DNA from: Candidatus Poribacteria bacterium
GTDB lineage: Bacteria > Poribacteria > WGA-4E > WGA-3G
Assembly (NCBI GenBank): GCA_965197475.1
Contig: CBDANF010000003.1
Span: 3,360,001-3,424,000, forward strand
Length of the DNA stretch: 64,000 bases
Direction of reading: 5' to 3'
The translations under genes were made by a program, and so were the position numbers. Below the pieces are notes generated by a model. It saw only the letters and a list, made by a program, of their open reading frames with translations, did not search any database and was not told the DNA's origin. Shown piece after piece: positions 1-9,723 of the stretch; positions within the stretch are counted from its first letter, which is position 1, and each line of letters begins with the position of its first letter.

Positions 1-12
1 AACTATCTCAGA

Positions 13-3000
13 TTGATTTTCCGCGAGTTTTGGTTGCGGAATTTACAGGAAACGTTATATATCAAATTCCAAAAAGAGTTAAACGCAGAAAAAGGTAGGA
101 ACCGTATCTATCCAAGTTTGGCACTCAGTTACTGCTATTGGTGGGATGGAAAACGCGACAAAGCACAAGAGGTCCTCTCCACCCTGCAAAAAGAATTTCC
201 GGATGACCTTACGCTTAAACTCAACACAGCGTTTGTCTCTATTCAGACAGGGAAATTTAGGGAGGCTCTAATTATAGTTGAGGAGATTGCTGAGTCAGAG
301 CCAAGAAACCGTCGCCAATATAACGATCTATTACTGCAGCTTGCCATTCAGACAGGTGATACTGTCACTTTACGTGAGTTGATAGCAAAACTCTTGAATT
401 CACCGACTAGTGCACAAGAACTTTATGAGTTCTCGTACAACCTTCAAGATGCAGGCTTCACACAGTACGCGATTGCTACAGCCCAAAAAGCGATGGCATT
501 AGCGATGACACAACGTAGTCCGAATTTCCTGATGGATTTGGGGGAACATCTGGAAGGGCTCGGTAGAGGACAAGATGCAGCACGGCTTGCGGAACGTGCC
601 CTACGTTTCGCCTACCACCCTGACCGCTACGGACGAACGATGTACGCATCGAATTTCCAACAAGCGACTAATTTAGTCCGTCGCTCCCAAAATATAAAGA
701 GTCAGGAAAATTCGTATATCGCGGAGGTCGAAAAAAAACCGGAGTCCTTCCAAGCTCAACTCAAACTTGCAATGTTCTATGAGAGCTCTGATCAGATTAA
801 CAAAGCTGCAGAAGCATTTAAGGCGGCACTGGCACTACGACCTAAGGACAGGAACACTCGCCTCAGATACGTTCAGATGTTAGAGCAAAGTGGAAAAGTA
901 AAAGAAGCTGTACCACAATATGAGATACTTCTAAAAAACGACTCATCCGCACTCGGCTACGATTATGAAGGGGCGATAGATGCCTTTATTGCTACTGGCA
1001 AATTTGATGAACTGATTTCTCTCACAAAAGATATAATTCTTCCTGTTGGACAATACGCAGGTAACGATTTCACGCAGAAAGTCGCACGGCGGTGTCTGAC
1101 CGAAAATAGACCTAAAGATGCTGTTGAGATATTCGAAAAGATTCTTGAAGTTCATCCGGGATGGAACTACGTTTACCAAGAATTAGCATCAGCTTATGTT
1201 GCTGCTGGCGGCCCTGAAAAAGCAATTCAGTACTTAACTGAGAAACAGGAACTTGGTGTAACATCTCTCTCACAAGTGGAGTTTGTATTAAAAATTGCTG
1301 AATTCCATGAGGTAGCTGGTGGACGTGAGAGAGCGATCAAATTCCTGCAAGAAAAATCTGAAACTGCTGATTTAGCAAACGCCCAGGTGTCCTACGTATT
1401 AAAACTCTCCGAATTCTATAAGGAAAGTGGTGAATTAGAAAAGTTCATCGCAGAATATGAGGCAAAACTCGCTGAAGAGCCTACGGACGCTAAACTATTA
1501 TATCTTGTAGCATCTATGAAGATTAAAGCAGAGGATATTGAAGGCGCGAACCTGCATGTTACGACATTGATTGATAATGCACTCATGTCTGTCCAAACGC
1601 AATGGCTCTTCAACCTCGCCAGTACTTGTGAAAAAGCTGGTGGTAATGATCTCCAATTCCGTCTACTTGAGGCCGCCGCTGAGAAACTTGAACGTGAGAA
1701 TTCATGGGAACTTGCAACATGTTACCGGAAATTGGGAGCGGCATACGCTAAGAAAGGTAAGAAGGAAAAGGCACAAAACGCATTTCGTAAAATGGGCAAT
1801 ATCCAGACTATGCAAAATAGTGGCGGCAGCATATATGATAAAAGGAGACTTGCCTCAACATACATGCAACACGAAATGTGGAACGATGCGGAAACAGTCT
1901 ATACCGAAATCACCAACGATATGTCAGCTTCATCCTATTACCGTGAAGATGCACAAGAACAACTCATTGAAATCTATAAACAACGTGGAGAACTTGAAAC
2001 GACCGATCAACTTACGGAAAAGACAAAAGAATTGGACATCGGAATGCAGCGTTTGATGGCGAAAGAATATGAGCGGTCAAACGATCTCTCCAAAGCTGTT
2101 CAGATTTACGAACATATTGCCAATTCAGTGCCGGAGGATTTTGAATCTCGCGCGCAACTTGCAAACGTCTACACCCGCATTAATGAGCATGAAAAGGCAT
2201 CAGAAACATGGACGGCACTGCTTGATGCAGACCCAGAAAATACCAAGTATCAAGATGGACTTGTCAACAGTTTTCAAGAAGCAGGCAAGCTAAACGAGGC
2301 ATTTGATCTTGCCCAGAAATACATTGAAGATGATCCACAAACTGGTGCCCATTATGTGCGAATGGCAAAGCTATATGTTAACGATGCCCGACTTGAAGAT
2401 GCTGTCACTGCTTATGAAAAAGCCGTTGAACTCATTCCGGGAAATCAGCAACTCTGGCAAGTATTAGCGGGTCTATATACTTACATAGGTGATGCCGATT
2501 CCGCCGGCCATGCGTTCAAAGAAGCGATTCAATATACCGCAAGAGACTATGATCGTGAGAGAATTGAACAAAAACTGATAGGTTTATACCGCCAAATCGG
2601 TAAATTAGATGAGATGCTACTCAAAGCGGAAAGTGAGAATACGATTAGCCCCGAAATGCAAAAGACGCTTGCGCAACGTTTTCGGAATACAGGAAATCTG
2701 GAAAAAGCAACTGTCGCATATAACAAAGCACTTGACATGACTCAGTATGATTATGATCGGAATGGGATCTCTAACGATTTGATTGACTTATACGTCAAAC
2801 TCGGCAAGACAGATGCTGCGTTAGAAATCTACGAAAAAATTGTTAATTCTGGTTCTTCCAATAGGACAATCCGTTACACTTCTTCCGGTATAATACTTGA
2901 TTACTATAGTGATCGTACACGCGAGGCTTTGATGAATGTTTACAGAGGTCAGAATCAGCTAAAACAGTTAGAGGCTTTCTTTGAAGCCAAGCTTGACAAG

Positions 3001-6000
3001 GATCCAGAGAATCCTACCACCCTTGAAATGCTTGCTAAGATTTATAACGATGCGAAAAATTACAAAAAAGCTGCTGATACCTACATCGCGCTTTCTAAAG
3101 CTGACCCAATCAATGTCCGTAGTTTCTTTAAGGCTGCGATGCTTGTAAATCAAATGGGGCAGCCTGAATTGGCGAAAAAACTGATTGCCCAAGGCGAAAA
3201 GGCACTCTCATCAAGCAGCAAAAAGGATGATCGGTGGGTTCTCGCTGAACTCGCAACTATCTGTTATGATAATAAAATGTACACTTGGGCTATTAAATTC
3301 GGAAATTCTGTACTTGCTGATAGTAGTAGTTACAGAGGTAGTTCCATCTATGAAACTATATACAAAATTCTTGGTAATAGTCATATAGCTGAAAAACAGT
3401 ATGAAGAAGCTTACAATGTGTACAAGCAGATGGAGCGTGATGTAACATGGAGTAGTGCCAGAGCAGATGCAAGATCCGGTATGCACAAGGCAGCAAAAGA
3501 CGGGAAACTATACGAAAAGTGGATACCAGAACAATTAAAGAAGGTTGAACAAAACCCTGATGATCCAAATGCCCTTTCTGAACTTGCACAAAGTTACGAA
3601 TCGAGCAACAAAATCAAAGAGGCAGTTGAGCAATATGAAAAACTCAATAAACTTCAACCTGACAACTCACAGTGGTACAAAAAACTTGGTTCCCTTTATC
3701 AAAATCTGCCACTGGAGAAACGTGAGACAGGTGAAGTGACTGAAGGCATTGCGCTTACGCTTGGCGGAAATGGGAGTTTCGTTGAAATCGGTGACAGTGA
3801 GTCTTTAGACAACATTACTGAACAAGTGACGGTGTCTGCGTGGATAAAACCAACCAGTTACCCAGACAGATATGTACGCATTATCTTGAGAAGTGATGAG
3901 CAAAAACAAAATTATAGGCAACGAAGTTACATCCTTGTTATTAGATCGGATGGGAAACTCAAAATTTCTTCCTCACCTCAAGATGGAGGGTACGCCTCCC
4001 TTTATTCTCCACCGGATCTCATAAAATTAAACACATGGACTCACATTGCTGGTGTTATCAATGCAAAGAAGGATTACATGAAGATTTTCGTTAATGGGTA
4101 TGAAGTTGGACATAGACATTATAATGGAGAAGATAGTTTCGTTAAATGTCGTCTTCCATTACGCATAGGTGCTACACATAGAATAGACCAGGAGGCACAA
4201 TCCTCTTTTGTAGGACAAATTGATGAGGTGCGTGTATGGAACGTTGCGCGTACTGTAGATGAGATTCGTTCGGATATGAACACACAACTCAACGGGGATG
4301 AACAGGGTTTAGTTGGATATTGGAAATTTGACAAAGAGACGGAAGGCAGAATATTCGATTCTTCACCTAACAAAAATGATGGCAAACTAATTGGAAATAC
4401 CAAACTGGAGTCTTACACGCGTCCAATTTTTGAGATTTTAAAATCTGATGACTTTGAAAAGACAATTGCTATTTACGAAAAAGCAATTGAACAGCAGCCT
4501 AATTCGTATGAATTCTACAACTTGTTGGCACAAATCTATAAGAAAAAGGAGGATACGTCACAAGTAGAAGCAATGTATCGTCGAGCATTGAAAGCCCCCC
4601 TTACGCAGCGCGAGTATGAGAGTGCAATTAATGCCATCCAGAGTCTTTATGCTGACGAAGATCAAACGGAAAAATGGATTGCGATCCTTGAAGAGATGCA
4701 ACCGAAATTAGAAGAGAGTGCTGTCCTACACGAACTGTTAGGCGATGCCTATAAGAAAACGGGAGATGTTGAAAAATCTGAACTTGCTTACGCCAAATGG
4801 TTAAAGATTCGAAAAAAAGAGTTGAACCGACAAAACTATTATCGTTACTATAGAGATTTTGCAGAGAAACTGCTTGATAGAGACATGTTTCCAGGAACAG
4901 CCTTAAATTTCGCAAAACGTGCATCATTAAGTGTAACAGGATCAATCGATTATCTCACTACCTTAGGTACCGCTTATATCGTAAATGGTAATTATGATGA
5001 CGCACTTGAACAGTTCAAAATGTGTGTTAACATGGTCTCCTCAGATTATTCATCGGACCAGTTTTGGGAAAAAATTATCAAAGCAAGTAATAAAGCTAAC
5101 GACAAGGAACGACACATTCAAATGCTTGATACATTAATAAACACCATTCCATCGGGAAATGCCAGTGCCCGCGCAAATGCACACCGTATGATTGCACAAT
5201 TCTATAGTCAGAAAGGAATGCCTAAAACTGCAGAAAGTTATGTTTTGAAGGGGGGCTTTATTCCTGAAACGCGTTGGATAACGCTCGGACCGTTTAAGAA
5301 TATAGATTCAAGTGGTGTTTTATATGCCTATATCCATGAGGAAACCACACAAATTGACACAACCGCAAAATATTTCGGGAGAGATAAGGATAAGCTCATC
5401 AGTTGGGAAAAGTCGAGCGATAATAAATTAGATGGACGTTACGATTTCGGTAACGACGACGGTATCAATGATTGGAGCGCAGCTTATGTATGGGCGGTTG
5501 TTATTTCGCCAGATGAACGTGACATTACATTCCGATTTGACAGCGATGACCAAGGGATTATCTGGTTAAACGGGAAGAGGGTCTTTGAACATTCCAGAGC
5601 TAGTATTGGTGGTGGTGGTGTACAAATTGATCGTCATACCATTCCAGTTACATTGAAACAGGGAGAGAACACTATCCTTATCAAAGTCTGCAATTCATCG
5701 CAAACTTGGGATTTGTATATGCGGCTTACTGACGCTGACGGCAATTCGTTTGAGGATTTGAAATTCAAAACTGCCGATGCGTTGCTGAACGCGCCGCCTC
5801 CCGAACCAACATTCCACCTAAATGTCAACCTCGGCTTGGCTGAATACTATAGCAAAAACAACATGCCCGATAAGGCAATGGAACAAATGCGGCAAACGGG
5901 CATCATTCATGAAAATGCGTGGTTGATTCTAGGCCCGTTTGACAATACTGCAGGAGTCGGATACAATACTGTGTACATTCCCGAAGACATAACGCAGATT

Positions 6001-6405
6001 GATAAGACTGCAAAATATGAAGGCGTAGGTGAACAGATAAGTTGGAAAAAGTTTACAGATGATGTTTTCGATGGGTTTATTGATTTCGGGAAGGACATTA
6101 ATTGGCGTGTTTCCTACGCATGGGCAACCGTTACTTCACCTGACGAGCGAGAAGTGCAATTCCGATTTGATAGCGACGACCAAAGCAAAATCTGGTTAAA
6201 TGGCAATGAAGTATTTGCCAATACGCAAGCACATGCAGCAATAGTTGACCGCTACACTATTCCCGTAAAGTTGAAAGTAGGCAAAAACAGTATCCTTGTC
6301 AAAGTTTGCAATGAAGAAGGCGGATGGGGATATTATCTGCGAATTACCGATGCTGATGGAAAACCCTTTGAAGATTTGCAAATTAACGATGCACAAGACA
6401 ATTAG
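13..6405 (+). CDS. Giant TPR-repeat protein with an inserted LamG/ConA-like domain and two C-terminal PA14-like beta-sandwich repeats; probably 5'-partial
   Basis: 2130-aa ORF with many TPR helical repeats. LamG motifs TVSAWIKP, WTHIAGV and GQIDEVRVWN. Two repeats of W-x-x-LGPF...FRFDSDDQ..IWLNG...G-x-N-x-ILxKV. The frame is open to the window edge with no RBS, so the true start is likely upstream. Confidence 0.85.
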   Translation: MIFREFWLRNLQETLYIKFQKELNAEKGRNRIYPSLALSYCYWWDGKRDKAQEVLSTLQKEFPDDLTLKLNTAFVSIQTGKFREALIIVEEIAESEPRNRRQYNDLLLQLAIQTGDTVTLRELIAKLLNSPTSAQELYEFSYNLQDAGFTQYAIATAQKAMALAMTQRSPNFLMDLGEHLEGLGRGQDAARLAERALRFAYHPDRYGRTMYASNFQQATNLVRRSQNIKSQENSYIAEVEKKPESFQAQLKLAMFYESSDQINKAAEAFKAALALRPKDRNTRLRYVQMLEQSGKVKEAVPQYEILLKNDSSALGYDYEGAIDAFIATGKFDELISLTKDIILPVGQYAGNDFTQKVARRCLTENRPKDAVEIFEKILEVHPGWNYVYQELASAYVAAGGPEKAIQYLTEKQELGVTSLSQVEFVLKIAEFHEVAGGRERAIKFLQEKSETADLANAQVSYVLKLSEFYKESGELEKFIAEYEAKLAEEPTDAKLLYLVASMKIKAEDIEGANLHVTTLIDNALMSVQTQWLFNLASTCEKAGGNDLQFRLLEAAAEKLERENSWELATCYRKLGAAYAKKGKKEKAQNAFRKMGNIQTMQNSGGSIYDKRRLASTYMQHEMWNDAETVYTEITNDMSASSYYREDAQEQLIEIYKQRGELETTDQLTEKTKELDIGMQRLMAKEYERSNDLSKAVQIYEHIANSVPEDFESRAQLANVYTRINEHEKASETWTALLDADPENTKYQDGLVNSFQEAGKLNEAFDLAQKYIEDDPQTGAHYVRMAKLYVNDARLEDAVTAYEKAVELIPGNQQLWQVLAGLYTYIGDADSAGHAFKEAIQYTARDYDRERIEQKLIGLYRQIGKLDEMLLKAESENTISPEMQKTLAQRFRNTGNLEKATVAYNKALDMTQYDYDRNGISNDLIDLYVKLGKTDAALEIYEKIVNSGSSNRTIRYTSSGIILDYYSDRTREALMNVYRGQNQLKQLEAFFEAKLDKDPENPTTLEMLAKIYNDAKNYKKAADTYIALSKADPINVRSFFKAAMLVNQMGQPELAKKLIAQGEKALSSSSKKDDRWVLAELATICYDNKMYTWAIKFGNSVLADSSSYRGSSIYETIYKILGNSHIAEKQYEEAYNVYKQMERDVTWSSARADARSGMHKAAKDGKLYEKWIPEQLKKVEQNPDDPNALSELAQSYESSNKIKEAVEQYEKLNKLQPDNSQWYKKLGSLYQNLPLEKRETGEVTEGIALTLGGNGSFVEIGDSESLDNITEQVTVSAWIKPTSYPDRYVRIILRSDEQKQNYRQRSYILVIRSDGKLKISSSPQDGGYASLYSPPDLIKLNTWTHIAGVINAKKDYMKIFVNGYEVGHRHYNGEDSFVKCRLPLRIGATHRIDQEAQSSFVGQIDEVRVWNVARTVDEIRSDMNTQLNGDEQGLVGYWKFDKETEGRIFDSSPNKNDGKLIGNTKLESYTRPIFEILKSDDFEKTIAIYEKAIEQQPNSYEFYNLLAQIYKKKEDTSQVEAMYRRALKAPLTQREYESAINAIQSLYADEDQTEKWIAILEEMQPKLEESAVLHELLGDAYKKTGDVEKSELAYAKWLKIRKKELNRQNYYRYYRDFAEKLLDRDMFPGTALNFAKRASLSVTGSIDYLTTLGTAYIVNGNYDDALEQFKMCVNMVSSDYSSDQFWEKIIKASNKANDKERHIQMLDTLINTIPSGNASARANAHRMIAQFYSQKGMPKTAESYVLKGGFIPETRWITLGPFKNIDSSGVLYAYIHEETTQIDTTAKYFGRDKDKLISWEKSSDNKLDGRYDFGNDDGINDWSAAYVWAVVISPDERDITFRFDSDDQGIIWLNGKRVFEHSRASIGGGGVQIDRHTIPVTLKQGENTILIKVCNSSQTWDLYMRLTDADGNSFEDLKFKTADALLNAPPPEPTFHLNVNLGLAEYYSKNNMPDKAMEQMRQTGIIHENAWLILGPFDNTAGVGYNTVYIPEDITQIDKTAKYEGVGEQISWKKFTDDVFDGFIDFGKDINWRVSYAWATVTSPDEREVQFRFDSDDQSKIWLNGNEVFANTQAHAAIVDRYTIPVKLKVGKNSILVKVCNEEGGWGYYLRITDADGKPFEDLQINDAQDN

Positions 6406-6638
6406 AGAAAATTCGACAGTTCTTAGCATCTACACTACATTTGTGGAACAGAATTCAGATAACCCAATTTCACCGATTGTCTCCAAAATATGAGACATAA
6501 ATTTGTCTTGATTTTAAATTTGAGTCGCTATAATATATTTCTATAACATGGTAACATCCGCGTTATACGAGTTTAGGTCCGCAGTAGCAGCGGGAAGAGG
6601 TATAAAGTTTAATTGTAACGTTAATAGGAGGTATTCCA

Positions 6639-7427
6639 ATGGTACGATCAATAATGTTTTCCTTCTTAGCCATACTAATGTTAATCACAGTCAGTAGTCT
6701 TATGGCAGGACTTGAAGACGATCTTGTCGTCTACTTCACGTTTGACGTTGTTGAAGACAAAACGATTCATGATAGTTCTCCTAATGGATTAGATGCAAAC
6801 ATCGTTGCTAATGCTGAAATTGTCACAGGCAAAAATGGCAATGCGATCAAGATCACCGCTAAAGGCGCGGATTGTGTGAACGTTCCCGCTCACGAAAAAC
6901 TGAAAATCAGCGGTGAAATTACCATGGCCTCCTGGATCTATCGAGAAGCGTGGAATAGTGATGGACAGTGGTTTGATAAAAACTGCCATAACGGAGGTGA
7001 GCATACCTCCTACGGTATGGGTGCTTTTGAAGGTGGCAAGAATATGAATGTGATGTTAGGAAGTGGTAATGCCCGTCCCAGATTGGACAAACCGCACTCG
7101 CTAAAAGCACAAACGTGGCACTATGTCGTCGGAACCTTCAATGGTGAAACGATGAAAGTCTATGTTGATGGTGAATTAGCACTTGAACATGCCGAGGCGT
7201 TTAATTTTACCGGCACTAACGATCAAGACCTGCGGATCGGATGCGCTAAGGACCGTGCAAACTACGGGTTCAATAACGGTATGATTGACGATGCCGCAAT
7301 ATGGAGTCGCGCACTCAGCGAAGATGAAATCAACGAGTCAATGGGCGGTGGTCTTCTCGCTGTTACACCGAAAAATAAAGCCGCGACAACCTGGGGCAAT
7401 ATTAAGCAAAGAACTATTGCCTACTAA
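6639..7427 (+). CDS. Secreted LamG-like jellyroll protein with C-terminal TWG motif
   Basis: RBS AGGAGG, signal peptide, motifs ITMASWI, WHYVVGTF and GMIDDAAIWSRALS; ends AVTPKNKAATTWGNIKQRTIAY. Confidence 0.9.
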   Translation: MVRSIMFSFLAILMLITVSSLMAGLEDDLVVYFTFDVVEDKTIHDSSPNGLDANIVANAEIVTGKNGNAIKITAKGADCVNVPAHEKLKISGEITMASWIYREAWNSDGQWFDKNCHNGGEHTSYGMGAFEGGKNMNVMLGSGNARPRLDKPHSLKAQTWHYVVGTFNGETMKVYVDGELALEHAEAFNFTGTNDQDLRIGCAKDRANYGFNNGMIDDAAIWSRALSEDEINESMGGGLLAVTPKNKAATTWGNIKQRTIAY

Positions 7428-7452
7428 CCGCTGGCTTTCACTAATTTTAAAC

Positions 7453-7495
7453 GGCACAGGTGTCCTTATAAGATCAGACATCTGTGCCTTCTTCT
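7453..7495 (+). terminator. Putative intrinsic terminator or stability hairpin
   Basis: Stem GGCACAGGTGTC/GACATCTGTGCC followed by TTCTTCT, just after the stop at 7427. Confidence 0.55.
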
Positions 7496-7514
7496 ATAGA
7501 ATAAGGATAAAAAA

Positions 7515-8564
7515 ATGATAAAAATCGGAATTGTTGGCATCGGATTTATGGGGATGATTCACTACTATGGTATTCAACGAGGAACGGGGGCAGAAGTAGT
7601 TGCTATCTGTACGCGTGATCCGAAAAAACTCAATGGTGATTGGACAGGTATTCAAGGTAATTTTGGACCCCGTGGTGGAATGGAAGACCTCTCTAACATC
7701 CGAAAATACAGTGATATTGACGAACTACTTGCCGATGAAGACATTGATCTGGTTGATATATGTTTACCTACACATCTTCATAAATCTGTTAGCATTGCAT
7801 CTCTTAAGGCGGGAAAGCATACTCTCGTTGAAAAACCGATCTCTATTGACATTGACGATGCAAACGAAATTGTTGAACTTTCTGAACAAACAGACAAAGA
7901 ATTTATGGTGGCGCATGTGCTGCCTTTCTTTGCTGAATATGCGTATGCAAAAAAACTTGTTGAAAGCGGGGAATATGGTGCACTTCTCGGCGCACATTTT
8001 AAGCGTGTTATCTCTAAACCGAGTTGGTCAAGAGACATTGCCGACATTGAAAAAAGTGGCGGTCCTGGCATCGATTTGCATATTCACGATACACATTTTA
8101 TTCAACTGCTCTGTGGTGTTCCCGATGCTGTTTTTTCACAAGGTAAGTTGGTAGGTGGTAATTTCGTGGACTATTTGACGACACAATATATCTACAATGA
8201 TAAGGAACTAACGGTGAGTTGTTCATCAGGCGCGATCTCACAAAAGGGTAGAGCCTTTTCACACGGGTTTGAACTCTATCTTGAAAAAGCGACACTTTTG
8301 TTTGATTTCTCGACGCTTGCAGGTGAGCCTTCTACTGCAGTGCCGCTGACACTCATCACCGAGGATGGCAACGTTGAACAAGTGGATTTAGGCGAAGTTG
8401 ACCCGATTGATGCATTTACCGCTGAGATCCAATACGCTGTTGATGCACTTGATTGGGAGGAGGCACCGACAGCACTGTCGGGTGTAGGTGCAAGAGACGC
8501 ACTTCTTCTCTGCTACAAAGAAGCGGAATCAGTAAAAACTGGGGAGATTGTGGCAATCCGCTAA
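7515..8564 (+). CDS. Gfo/Idh/MocA family oxidoreductase
   Basis: GIVGIGFMG Rossmann motif, AGKHTLVEKP, DLHIHD. Confidence 0.92.
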   Translation: MIKIGIVGIGFMGMIHYYGIQRGTGAEVVAICTRDPKKLNGDWTGIQGNFGPRGGMEDLSNIRKYSDIDELLADEDIDLVDICLPTHLHKSVSIASLKAGKHTLVEKPISIDIDDANEIVELSEQTDKEFMVAHVLPFFAEYAYAKKLVESGEYGALLGAHFKRVISKPSWSRDIADIEKSGGPGIDLHIHDTHFIQLLCGVPDAVFSQGKLVGGNFVDYLTTQYIYNDKELTVSCSSGAISQKGRAFSHGFELYLEKATLLFDFSTLAGEPSTAVPLTLITEDGNVEQVDLGEVDPIDAFTAEIQYAVDALDWEEAPTALSGVGARDALLLCYKEAESVKTGEIVAIR

Positions 8565-8579
8565 ACCCTCCCACACAAA

Positions 8580-9713
8580 ATGAACACATTTTATTCCGTT
8601 AGTCATATTGGAGAACTTTATGTCCCTACTGAATGTCGGGAAGCAGTCTTTGCACGGGGAAGCGTAAAGTTGTTTGCTCATCAAGAGTTAGAACATCTCG
8701 GGCGTATTTTTACACATATTCAACGGGGTGGCGTTGCTGTTGTTGAAGGGGAATGGGAACAAATTACCACCGTAATGGACTATATCCAGCGACACAAAAA
8801 GGAATTATCAACGTCAAATACCGATCAGTTTAAAAAAGGAAAGTCGCGTGGGAAACGCAACAATCCGAAACAGGCTCGAGATGCGGTGCTATCGAATTTG
8901 ATGTGTTGGGCGGATAAGGATGGCATACTTCAGGTTGAACCTGCTCCCGTGTTGCCGCATTTACTGGAATTGATTGGTGAACTGCCAGACGCTAATCAAG
9001 ATTGTCCGTTTCTCATGCCTATCGTTAAAATTCAACGTATTCGACACGCGCTTGAAGAGATTTATCCTATCAATGCCTTAGGTGAATCCCTTGTTGCGTC
9101 CGAAAACGTGCTTGCACCGCGTTCTCAGGAAACAATTGAATGTTTTCAAGAGGCACTACAAAGTGTCCGAAGTGAAAACTTGCACAGCACCCCCATAATT
9201 GCGGATGTCGGTAGTGGCAGTGGGTGCTTGACACTGCTCGCTCGGCAGGAATTCGGGGAGGGGGCGGAAGTATACGCATCAGATTTACTTCCAGAAGCAG
9301 TAGCAACAACGAAATTGAATGTTCAGCGGGTGTTATCAAATTCAGAGAATTTGCACGTCATGCCACCTGGAGACTTGTTTGATCCGTTTCCGTCAGTCCA
9401 ATTCGACATTATTATTTTCAATGCGCCGTGGGTGGTTGCGCGAGTGCGAAACAGAGCGGAATTGGCAATCCATGACGAAAAACAGCAAACATTGAAACGT
9501 TTTTTTGAACAGGTGCCGAATTACTTAAAACCTGATGGAACGCTACTTTTAGGGTATGCGGATGCATCCGGACCAAAAGCAATAGCGAACCTTGAAGCAA
9601 TAATAGGTGAGTCAGGTTTTGTCTGTAGAAACCTCTTTAAAAGGCGAGTCGCAACGCATCGGTCTAAACGGAAATGGGAACAGATTCAAGTGTATGTTTT
9701 AAGTAGGAAGTAG
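8580..9713 (+). CDS. Class I SAM-dependent methyltransferase (MTS/HemK-like)
   Basis: Motif I DVGSGSG, GDLFDP, and FDIIIFNAPW (NPPW-like). Confidence 0.85.
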   Translation: MNTFYSVSHIGELYVPTECREAVFARGSVKLFAHQELEHLGRIFTHIQRGGVAVVEGEWEQITTVMDYIQRHKKELSTSNTDQFKKGKSRGKRNNPKQARDAVLSNLMCWADKDGILQVEPAPVLPHLLELIGELPDANQDCPFLMPIVKIQRIRHALEEIYPINALGESLVASENVLAPRSQETIECFQEALQSVRSENLHSTPIIADVGSGSGCLTLLARQEFGEGAEVYASDLLPEAVATTKLNVQRVLSNSENLHVMPPGDLFDPFPSVQFDIIIFNAPWVVARVRNRAELAIHDEKQQTLKRFFEQVPNYLKPDGTLLLGYADASGPKAIANLEAIIGESGFVCRNLFKRRVATHRSKRKWEQIQVYVLSRK

Positions 9714-9723
9714 TCAGATATAG

